In this document: one piece after another, positions 20,670 to 30,117 of the stretch
How positions within the stretch are numbered: the stretch's first letter is position 1
How the letters are laid out: each line of letters starts with the position of its first letter
Assembly (NCBI GenBank): GCA_051362555.1
Contig: CM120648.1
Coordinates: 4,832,587-4,896,586, forward strand
DNA from: Lingula anatina
Taxonomy: Eukaryota > Animalia > Brachiopoda
Direction of reading: 5' to 3'
DNA length: 64,000 nucleotides
The notes under the pieces: generated by a model
The model's database searches: none
Told to the model about the DNA's origin: nothing
Seen by the model: only the letters and a program-made list of their open reading frames with translations
Made by a program: the position numbers and the translations under genes

Positions 20670-23072
20670 ATGGAAGAGCAGAAGTGGCTTAACCTTATTA
20701 AGCCGATCCAAGAGGCCTGCAAGGAGAAGAGGCTCCACCCAAGCCGGGAGTTGGTAAATGTGATTGCCAGCCGACCCATGGCCTTGCAGGGGGATGCTGA
20801 GGCACTGTTGCTGAAGCAGGTGGCACTCTCTAGGGAGAGAGATGCGGAGGCTTGGCGCAAAGATTGTGCCAAGGGCCTGTTGGCTGTAGGTTTTCAATCC
20901 TGCAGTTGGGTATGTGAGCATGTTGCCAGGGTTGCCACTCCCAGAAAAGGGAAGGGTACTCGAGAGGCGTGGCATGCCACATATCGAGATTTCCGATTGC
21001 AAGAGGATCCTACTATGGAGCATAGGAAGGATACAGTGACTCAGAGCACTGTGGTAAGAGGAAGTCCTGAAGCAGCAGTGCGAGGGGAGAGTGAGGAGTC
21101 GGGGTCAGTATCAGACAGCATACTGAGGACTCCCACTGAGTCAATGGAGGTGGACACACCTTCGAGTCCGGTGAGGAAGTCACCGAGGGCTACCCTTACC
21201 AGCTGGGGTAGTGAAATGGACTTGTGTGAAAAGATAACCTATGCTGAGGCGGTCAAGAAACCAAGTCCGAGTGGTGTGGTAGTGACACAGAGTCGAGACA
21301 AGTCAAGTAAGACTGGGGGCTCTTACCAACCACGGCCTAAGAGTCGAGTATGGTTAGTAAAGAAGACCAAGGACTCAACAACAAGGCAGGATGCACCTCC
21401 TAAGGGACCTTCAAAATTCACCAAGAAGGATGAGGAAAAAAGGTGTTTCCGATGTAAGAAAGTAGGGCATGTGGCTCGGAAGTGTCCAACTCTGTCCGAG
21501 GAAGAAAGGTGCTTCAGATGTTCAGAGCTGGGGCACATAGTCAAAGATTGCCCACTTTCAAGGAAAGCGGCCAAGGACAGGAAAGAAGTGTCTAAGGCGA
21601 GACGAGATGACTCCAGGGGGAGTTCATCGGGCAGGCGTGATGACTCCAGGGGGAGTTCATCCTATAAACCTGCGACAAGTGGTCTCGAGGAGCTGGGTAC
21701 ATGGGCCCATGCTAAGAGATCGAGGCAGAGTAGTAGCTCCAGTCATGGAGGAGTTACTAGTGCCGTGGCCACAGGAATTAGTGCGCCGAGTCCTGACTTG
21801 TGTCCTATTTTTGGATGCAATAGTCAGTTAACGGAGAAACACGCATGGAACAAACATATCCCTCCAGTGTTTCATCCCGTGTTCGACGGTAAGGGGATGG
21901 AAAAGAGAAGATTTTTGGCCCTTAATCTTCTAGCCACCCAGCTATTTGGAATGAACGCAAATATGGACAGGTTATGTCAAGCCTGCGATGTCATGGACCA
22001 GGGAGATCGGGAGATAGCTCCGAGTAGGAAAGAGGGTGTGGACAGCTTCATCCACGGCCTGGGGTTGTCAGGCGAGTATGCCCTCAGAGTGGGATCTCTC
22101 CTGTTGTGGAAGCCTTTGCTAAGCCTAATAGCGAAATTATGGCCGTCAGACCTGGAGGCGTATAGGAACACATGTTCCATAGAAGAGGAGGAAGAGCTGT
22201 CTATTCCTAAGCCTCCAGTAGGATACGACAGTCACTGTCACGTAGATCGTGTACGCCAGCACTTGGAGTTACCAACAACAGCTGGGTTACGGGAGGTCAT
22301 CGAGGCCAAGCAGGTGGATGACAAGGAGATAACAGTGTCAGGGGCCACTGTTATATTCTGCGACCCAGCAACCTACCCAAGTGCTGAGGAGGTGGCTACT
22401 CTGAAGGCAGAGGGAGCCGTGGTGTCTGTGGGTTGGCACCCCAGACACGAGTTTGACCCAGAGGGCTGGGCGAAGTTTGAACAGACAGTAAGCAACCCAG
22501 AGGTGTCTGTTCTGGGTGAGATTGGTGTAGATTACACTACCTCATCGTGGCAGTGGGAAGCTCAGTTTGAAGTCCTGGAAAGAGCTCTTACATTATTAAG
22601 AGAAGACCAGGTACTGGTGCTCCACTGTCGAGGGCCCAAGGATGACTCAGCTGGTGATTTGGTTTGGAGACATGTTTTGAACATTCTTCGATTAGCTGAG
22701 AATGTGAAAAGTGATCAGTTAATACACTGTCACTGTTTCACGGGGTCAAGGAGGATGGTAGAGAAGTGGGTACAGTATTTTCCCAATACTTACTTTGGAG
22801 CTACTGCCATCTTCAGGACGTATACGGATACGTCGAGGAGTAGGAGAGCGATAGAGATGTTACAGTGGATGCCTGCTGGCAGGTTATTGCTGGAAACTGA
22901 TGCCCCCTACTTCGGATTTCCGACAAGGAGTAAGTCCACTCCAGCTTTCCTGGGGAAAGTAGCGGAAGTCGTTGCAAAAATTCGTGGGTGTGACTGGGAA
23001 GATATTCTCAAGATCACCGAGGAGAATGGGCGTCGGTTATATCTAGACCGACTGGGGCCCAGTGTGGAGTAA
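20670..23072 (+). CDS. ORF3: 800-aa protein with 2x CCHC zinc knuckles, a C2H2-like motif and a C-terminal TatD-family deoxyribonuclease
   Basis: CFRCKKVGHVARKC and CFRCSELGHIVKDC (21444-21551); CPIFGC...HAWNKH. TatD motifs in order: DSHCH (from 22221), VGWHP, GEIGVDY, VLHCR, HCFTG, LLETDAPY, EN..RLY. No signal peptide or TM segment seen. Confidence 0.92.
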   Translation: MEEQKWLNLIKPIQEACKEKRLHPSRELVNVIASRPMALQGDAEALLLKQVALSRERDAEAWRKDCAKGLLAVGFQSCSWVCEHVARVATPRKGKGTREAWHATYRDFRLQEDPTMEHRKDTVTQSTVVRGSPEAAVRGESEESGSVSDSILRTPTESMEVDTPSSPVRKSPRATLTSWGSEMDLCEKITYAEAVKKPSPSGVVVTQSRDKSSKTGGSYQPRPKSRVWLVKKTKDSTTRQDAPPKGPSKFTKKDEEKRCFRCKKVGHVARKCPTLSEEERCFRCSELGHIVKDCPLSRKAAKDRKEVSKARRDDSRGSSSGRRDDSRGSSSYKPATSGLEELGTWAHAKRSRQSSSSSHGGVTSAVATGISAPSPDLCPIFGCNSQLTEKHAWNKHIPPVFHPVFDGKGMEKRRFLALNLLATQLFGMNANMDRLCQACDVMDQGDREIAPSRKEGVDSFIHGLGLSGEYALRVGSLLLWKPLLSLIAKLWPSDLEAYRNTCSIEEEEELSIPKPPVGYDSHCHVDRVRQHLELPTTAGLREVIEAKQVDDKEITVSGATVIFCDPATYPSAEEVATLKAEGAVVSVGWHPRHEFDPEGWAKFEQTVSNPEVSVLGEIGVDYTTSSWQWEAQFEVLERALTLLREDQVLVLHCRGPKDDSAGDLVWRHVLNILRLAENVKSDQLIHCHCFTGSRRMVEKWVQYFPNTYFGATAIFRTYTDTSRSRRAIEMLQWMPAGRLLLETDAPYFGFPTRSKSTPAFLGKVAEVVAKIRGCDWEDILKITEENGRRLYLDRLGPSVE

Positions 23073-23330
23073 GAATACCACGACGCTGGCCAGGAGGGGT
23101 ACGACCTGGTCAGGAGAAGAGGCTGGGAAGGAGTTTTCCTAGTGATGAGTACCGTGTATTGATTCCTTGGCTGGTCAGCTTGGGCTGATCGAGAAGCGAC
23201 AAGGGATCTGGTAGAGAGAATGGAGTGGGCGGTCCTTGGCTGGGTCAGCATGGGCTGATCGAGTAGTGATACAAGGATCGTAAGAATGTGTTGTTGGTGT
23301 TGGATTGTAATGACTACCTCCAATCCAGAT

Positions 23331-23344
23331 AAAGTGGGGAGGAG
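23331..23344 (+). promoter_or_regulatory. Polypurine tract
   Basis: AAAGTGGGGAGGAG directly abutting the 3' LTR. Confidence 0.85.
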
Positions 23345-23625
23345 TGTAGTGATCCGGCATCGGTGTGTGGCTTGTCTTGGCCTCGATCCGAGTCGAGGCT
23401 GAGTGTCAGTTTGGGAGAAACTCGATAGCTGTAAGGAGTGGGTTACAGCGAGGAGCACTGAGAACAAAGGGCGACGCCATTACTGTGAAGCAAGATAGAG
23501 ATAGAGGTTGGAATCCTGATTTCTAGTGGTTATCTATAGGAAAGGGATTTCGTTACTGCTAAGGTAAGCAGATTATTAGTAGAAATATCCGGAGCTAGAG
23601 TTGATTAGCGTAAGGGATTTCTATA
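23345..23625 (+). repeat. 3' LTR (281 bp)
   Basis: Copy of 12998-13278; followed by TSD AGAG. Confidence 0.96.
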
Positions 23626-25001
23626 AGAGGAAATGCGTTTATCATATTATTGCTCCTGAAGACGGCAATACGTTTTATAATGTTTTTGTTATCCTTTTTC
23701 GGAGTCAGTACCCGGGCCTGTGCTATCTATGATGTCTCTAGACTAATTCCAGGATTAAACTGAAATGAAATTTATTGTCCTAGAGGAAATATGGAGCAGC
23801 AATATTGAAGTCAGAACTAAGTAGAGATAAGTGATAAGGTGTCGGTTTTCTGGATAAATGATAGAAAAATTATTAAAGAATTTATTGTTGATAGCAACAA
23901 GGAGTTGTATCATAAACCTCCTTGATAAAAACATAAGAAAAGGTTAACAAGTGCACGGAAGGCAGCAACAATTCTTTATTTAATATAATATGTTGCCGCC
24001 TTTTGAAAATTGGAAAAAAATCTATAACCATGGATTTGTGAGAAGAAAAAGCACAGAATTTAATCTCCACACCACTCCCAAACCTAAATAACCTACATCG
24101 AAGACATTTATGCTAACAGGGTCTGCTTCAAATTAGATCCCAACCGAAATGTTTTGTCTTCTTAGACTTTTCGCAATTCAATTCAGTATAATGTCTTTAT
24201 TAAATTTGATTCATTGGCACCTCCTGTTCCCTAAGCCGGGCTGCATGCACGGTATAATAGATGGCACGCGGTCCACGCGAGGCAAATCTCCTCGTGCCGG
24301 GAAACGGGTAGACGCCGGGCCCATATTGCGAGGAAATTTGTTCAAAAATTGAGATAACGTTAAGCCCATTGGACGCTGGCATTCTTTGGGTTCTAAATCA
24401 ATCTTTATGGAGCCATCGTGATATCTTCGAAGGGTAATCCCTTCATTCTTTCTCGAGACTTTTTGTGTAGATTTATAACGGGTATCAAGGCAATTAGCGC
24501 CCCGCCTGCCCTCATGGATGATGCATTTATCTATCCATGTGTCTGGCCCCTCTATCTGGCAAAGGCCTTCAATGAGGCACATGCATAATGATACGCCATA
24601 ATGTCAATTTAAATAATATCAGTATAAGCAAAATCGCAAGAGGTAAGCTTTAAAACAAATTTCTCATGATTGTTATATATTTATCATTCCCCGAAATGTG
24701 CCATCCACCGCATCGCATTCTCTGAGCCAGATGTATGTGTATTCATACAACAGACCAGTTTTAGGCACAGAGTGGGCGGTATTGACAACAGCCATGCCCT
24801 GTATGTGTATATTTCAAAGCAATAGATAATACGCACAAACGTTCCCTCGTCTCCCTGTATCTCGGAATGCGTTATCGTGGTTCACGCCATGTTTGACAAA
24901 AACCTGGAGTAAAACATCTAATAACCACGCGAAGAGAGCAAATTCAGATTGTAAAGCGGTTCTACTTAACCGCTGACCAACTGCCCTGGAATGTTCGAAT
25001 G

Positions 25002-25095
25002 CAGTGGTGGATCCAGGGGAGGGCACAGCTGGCACTCCCCCCCCCCCCATCCCCCCCCCCCCCCCCCACCACCACCACCACCACTAGACTCCTGT
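25002..25095. mobile_element. Degenerate short MITE-like fragment (CAGTGGyGGATCCAGG...poly-C family)
   Basis: CAGTGGTGGATCCAGGGG followed by poly-C and CTAGACTCC; resembles the ends of 46758-46997. Confidence 0.4.
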
Positions 25096-26078
25096 GGTTC
25101 ACGCTTCTCACCTCCGCCCTTCATAAAACAAAGTATACGAGCGAAACGAGACAAATTAAGCATTTTTCCTACCCTGTGCCCTACACGTTGTAGTAAAATC
25201 CCCTCATCTACTGTATAAGATATCTTGTGCAAAAAAATTAAGATTGAATATCAAAACCAAAACGCCAGTGGAACGATCGACTGTTTTTGATTCTTCCTTT
25301 CTGCACAAAACGGGCCTTTCAGAATTGTTTCGAGTTTTCGTTTCATTTTCGTCTGCGCGAGAGATGCCGCATTTCGACATTTCTTCTTAAATAACCCAAC
25401 ATGCTTTAAACATGACAGTCGCATATATACATTTATTTTTTGGAAAAAAGGCTTTCTTATTTTCAGTCAAAACATAACCGAACAATCTGTATCTTAGGGC
25501 GTTAGTTATAATTACCCCAATCTACCAATCTGACACGTGTCAAAACGCCTGCACGGGGCATCAACATGGACATCATCAACTCGATCTTGACACTTATGAT
25601 ATGCTGAGCGCACCTTGTCATTTTTCTTACGTTTGACCATGCCCACCGGGAAGTTATTCTTGAAGTTCGGTTCGAAACTTTATTCCACTTATGTATGTAC
25701 ATGTGCCTTTTTTGTGGGGGTTGTGTAGGACAATTCATTAAGTTGTTCACCGTGAGCTTCATATTCCCACAGATCCAGTTTTCTACTATTTCTTTTTAGT
25801 TGGCATTTCATCTCAAGTAGCAGTGCTATTGGGTAATATAGGGGACGACAAGAAAATAAAAACTAGACAGGCCATCATCATAGAACTTAAATCCAGGAGT
25901 TAACAAAGAAAATCTGATAAGTTTTAAAATTTTTCTGTTAGAAAGTACGAAAAGGTTTACAGATTAAAAAAAACGTAAACCGGACTTGATGTATACCGTA
26001 ATTTTTCTGCCGAAATCCCTTCTAGTTAAACAAACAACAACATACACATGGATTTATATTTGAGAAAACCGTTCATCT

Positions 26079-26084
26079 TTTATT
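26079..26084 (-). terminator. Candidate polyadenylation signal of Hes-A
   Basis: AATAAA on the minus strand ~165 nt after the stop codon. Confidence 0.5.
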
Positions 26085-26248
26085 GAAAACAATATAAAGT
26101 TAAGCTTCTTTCTTTAATGAAATAAAAATATATATGTATAAATGAAAAATTCTCTTGCAACCAGTTGCAAAGTGTCATGGCAATGTCGAAGTTGGACGAA
26201 AATGTCCGAAATGAGACGAAAAGTCCGTGAATGTGAAAAAAAAGTATT

Positions 26249-27051
26249 TCACCATGGTCTCCACATTCTGTCATTTCTGTTGAGCTCAGCGTTTACAAAA
26301 CTATGTCCATTGTTGTTTCCATCAACTTTACAAAAGTTTGTCAGTGGCGCCAAACCAGATTCAACTGTTGTCTGCTTCTGCTGCTGAGCGGGACTGAGCT
26401 GGTGCATTGTGGGAATGTTCAAGACGGTGGGAGAAGTCGTCTGCAACTGTTGTTGTCCCTGCTGCTGCTGCACGTTCGGTGATGTTTGCAAAACGATGGG
26501 CATGGCAGTGACATTATTTACTGGGCTTATAACATTGGATTGCTGTTGTAGCAACTGTCCATTTTGAATTTGGCTGGGGCTTTGCAGAATATATGCCACC
26601 TGTCCATTTGGAAGCGTGCCTGGAATGAGTTGGAATGATCCAGTGATGTTCGACTGAACTAGTCCATTTTGAGGGCATGAGACGGTAGGCTGTTGCTGAG
26701 TTTGCTGTGGTTGACATGGCAACATACTCGGCGTCGTCACGGTGGTAAACTGGGAAGCGCTTGGAATCTGAACGTGGATTGGCTGGAGAGTTTGCGGTTG
26801 TGGTTGCTGCGGCGCTGCTATTGTCTGTGGAGCTGTGATCGTCTGCTGCACGGTTGACGCAGACGATGACGTCTCTGATGGCGTGACTTGGTTGACTTTG
26901 TATGCGCAGGAGGCGAGGTGGTTCAGGAGGTGCAGGCGGACGTCCTCGTTAATTCCGTCAATAGAACGCATGTAACGCGTCACCTCGTTGGCACATTCAT
27001 TGAAGCCCGCTCTATACTTTCCTAGCACGCTTGGGTCACTGGTGACAGCAG
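26249..27051 (-). CDS. Hes: Hes-A exon 4 (Orange domain, Q/P/S/T-rich tail, WRPW)
   Basis: cag| acceptor at 27054-27052, phase 1; AAVTSDPSVLGKYRAGFNECANEVTRYM...LLNHLASC; ends MWRPW-TGA. Confidence 0.96.
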
Positions 27052-27249
27052 CTGAAGAAGATAAACAAAACAACATAAGAAAAAAATCCTCAAGCCAAAA
27101 TTCAAAAAGACAACACTGTCACATAAACTAGTAGACATATTCAAATGTAGTACCAAATTGCATAAATCACCGAACAAGTTTGCTAATTGAAATATAAGCA
27201 TAATGTAAATTTGGTTGATTAACGACACATTTTGACTATATTCTCTTAC

Positions 27250-27337
27250 CTGCCATTTGTTGTCTTTGAATGCTTCTCAGATGTTTCACCGTCATTTCTA
27301 AAATGTCTGCTTTCTCCAACTTGGAATACCGAGACGT
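27250..27337 (-). CDS. Hes: Hes-A exon 3 (bHLH helix 2)
   Basis: [29 protein letters not shown]; 88 nt with cag/GTAAGA boundaries. Confidence 0.96.
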
Positions 27338-27542
27338 CTGTAAAAACAAAGAAATAAAACATAAACACAAACCCAAAACATAAAAATATGAAAAAATGTA
27401 CTCGACAGTAGTTGGAAAATTCAGTAACGATCAACGAATACATTGAACAGTAGTCAACGAATGCCCTTTTAACAAAAAACATCCCGAAAGAAATTAATCT
27501 CAACCGACTGCGTGTTGTCGTGTTGTGTTGTCACTCGTTAAG

Positions 27543-27638
27543 TTGACCCCAGCGCCCCCTCGCGTCTGCTGGCGCGTGTCCTGCTAGTGACCCGTTGCGA
27601 AAGTTAAAGCATCGTCTGCTTCGAGAGCGTGGGAACGA
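27543..27638. promoter_or_regulatory. Conserved intron-2 module of Hes-A
   Basis: TGACCC, CGTCTGCTnGCGCGTG, GTGACCCGT and GAGCGTGGGAACG occur in the same order as at 52624-52718. Confidence 0.7.
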
Positions 27639-27972
27639 ACCGCATTAAAGCAACCTAAGGAATTTTCAGTCACGTGCTGGCCACACTTTGTCAAATTTCA
27701 TTAATTCTAACTTTAAGAAGTGGTTAGTTGAATAAAGATACATTGTTCTCCAAACTTAATCAGAGTTGTCGTCTGCAATCAAAGCTTGTCGTCTCCCGAA
27801 TTGCGTTTTTTTTTCTAACCCCGAGGTTTTACTTTTTAAGACGTCTCATTTTACAGCAAATTTTCGCTGTCTCAATAACTTTCTAAGTTTGTTTAGTTTT
27901 CAAGTCGGAAAATGTTTATTCTAAACTATCGGGTGGCTTCAATTTGTGTCGTATATAAAGAGGGATACTTAC

Positions 27973-28068
27973 ATCTCTTTGCATTGCCTGCAGCACAAGG
28001 GCTTTCAACTCTGTTAAACATTCATTAATTCTTTGACGTCTGCGTTTTTCCATCAAAGGTTTGTTAGT
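27973..28068 (-). CDS. Hes: Hes-A exon 2 (basic region/helix 1)
   Basis: TNKPLMEKRRRQRINECLTELKALVLQAMQRD; 96 nt; hairy-type proline in the basic region; cag/GTAAGT. Confidence 0.96.
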
Positions 28069-28223
28069 CTGCAAAAGATAAAATGTAACATTTAAAATAC
28101 AACAAAATTTCAATATGTACATAAGAAGTTTCTTTCAGTCACAACAAATCATCATTGCTGCAAGTGTTTAAAAGTAAACAAAATATCATAATATGAAAAC
28201 AAGTATTAAAATATCAAACTTAC

Positions 28224-28277
28224 CCTGCGAGCATGAGAAGCCGAGGATGAAAGTAAAGTTGAGCCTTTTTCAGCCAT
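28224..28277 (-). CDS. Hes: Hes-A exon 1 coding part (spliced protein 346 aa)
   Basis: ATG..MAEKGSTLLSSSASHARR|GTAAGT; 54 nt, same length as the Hes-B exon. The four exons sum to 1041 nt, in frame. Confidence 0.9.
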
Positions 28278-28379
28278 TTTGCAATGAATCTGTAGCTATC
28301 CAATATGATATAATGCTATATCCTTCTTGAAGAGTCGATCTTAAAATTCCAGCAGTGTTTTAAGTACAAGAATCTCAGA

Positions 28380-28790
28380 GTGTGGGAAAATGTGAACTTA
28401 ACCAAGATCTTATACTCACCGTCTGTCGGTATGTGCTGCGATTTCGATACAACCAACCAATCAGAGGCCTTGAAACCACTTCATGCGGCGACGTCGCGTG
28501 GCAAAGGCAATCTGATTGGTTCACACCACCGAACCAGCTGTCAATCACCGTCTCGAGAGGCGCACTAATAATTGCGTACACGCGACCTGTCTTTGTGTGA
28601 GTGTGTGGGAAAACCCCGCCCCCTCGAGTCCCAAGCCTGCTCTGTCAACATGGGCAAGGGTGATAAAGCATAATAAAGCATACCGACACACAAAAGAAGG
28701 TAGAGAGGCCCGCGACTGAACACGACACACGCACACCCATGCTTTTGTGTGCTGAGATCGTAATCTCCCGTTCAAACCGTGGGAAAGTGG
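28380..28790 (-). promoter_or_regulatory. Hes-A promoter
   Basis: TATAAG (28414-28409); CSL/Su(H) sites YGTGGGAA (28381, ~28604, ~28778); two CCAAT boxes; TGATTGACAG (28538-28547); CACGCG (28579-28584); GC box. Collinear with the Hes-B promoter. Confidence 0.8.
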
Positions 28791-30081
28791 CTTCAGAGGT
28801 AAATAAACCACCTGAAGATTTTGAGACAGTTTTTAAGGGGAGGACAAAAGAGAAGAGTTATATAATAGGAGGGAGATTGCTGAACATTGCAAAACTGAAA
28901 TGTTCAATGTTGTACCTGCATTTTGTATGCAAATAATGTATGTCTTTGAAACAGTGTTATAAAAAACACCTGCGAGTTTTCAACGCAAATTATAAATGGA
29001 TGTTTTGTATTAACATTCAAATTAGTTCCGAAAACAAAAAGGCATTTTGAAACTTTTATAGCACTTTTTAAACGTATACAAATTATGATTATTTACTCAC
29101 ACTACATGTACATCTTTCTACTCCTTCACCCATATTTTATCAATCTATATGTTTCAATATCTAAAGAAGGAATACATATATTTTGTTCCAAATACATATG
29201 GAATTCAAATTTGAATGTCCTATATCTATTCCAAGCAACATTATTGTCATATGCCCCTAGGTGTTTTCATAAGAATTTAGAATTTTTGTTTTCCCCTCCG
29301 CCTCTCCCCCAATCAATGTGTGTCACTGTTGCCAGCACACCTGTACATCTTAAAGCGCGAGGCAAAATGATTAATGTTTAACTGCCACAACACCTTGGCA
29401 GCACCGCTGATGGATTGACGGGACAGCACGCTGCACATGCAAAAAATAAAGAAAAAAGAAATCAAAACATAAAGAAAAATGATGCTGAGATTCGGTATTA
29501 TTAGCCCATATGCCAGGTTTTGATAGTGCCAGTTTCAGATTCTTGTACATAAAGGAAAGATCCCATTTACAGTTGATCGCCAAAGTGTCGAGGTTACCGT
29601 TTTTAATTATTTCTACATAAAACGTTCTAAGCACGAGACCAGAGGGGAAGAAAGGGGACGTGCAGTTTTACACCCTTCTCCGGCCACTTGAAATACGAAG
29701 AAGTGGAAATTCCCACATATAAATTCTAATTCCGTTGAAACAGGATGTTCAGCTTTCCGCTTACAAAAGAAAAAAAACATAGAAACGAAGAAAATTGACT
29801 AGTTTATTCCTGACTTTAATTCCCTGATTTCAGTCAATAGCAAACAAAGTGAAAAAAAAACAATGCGACTTCTTATTTTGAGTTTCGTTATGTTTGTTAC
29901 TGTCAATTCGCATTGCGTGATCAACCAAAACTTTTTTGTTAAGTTGGCAGCCATAATAATTTATAGTTAAGAGACAGGAAGTAGTGAGAAGTGCTTAACC
30001 GGTAATCTTATATTATCTACAGTGCTTGTATTACCTGTCAACAAACAGCAAGGATCGGCAAATGACACGTTGACATTTTCC

Positions 30082-30117
<36 letters not shown>

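Larger units (their letters stand above)
12998..23625 (+). mobile_element. Full-length Ty3/Gypsy (Metaviridae) LTR retrotransposon with three intact ORFs (gag, pol, CCHC-TatD)
   Basis: Two 281-bp direct repeats; TSD AGAG at 12994-12997 and 23626-23629; PBS; PPT; gag with CCHC; pol in PR-RT-RH-IN order. Confidence 0.98.

Noticed and set aside
20670-23072. ORF3 as an env glycoprotein
   Set aside because: No signal peptide or transmembrane segment seen; the motifs are CCHC and TatD.
13506-23072. Bacterial contamination or insert (ComEA-like and TatD domains)
   Set aside because: Both domains are in-frame parts of ORFs enclosed by paired LTRs with TSD, PBS and PPT, within intron-containing metazoan DNA.
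22907-23467. 186-aa antisense ORF over the ORF3 end and 3' LTR
   Set aside because: Non-ATG start likely, no domain; a shadow of the purine-rich sense strand.
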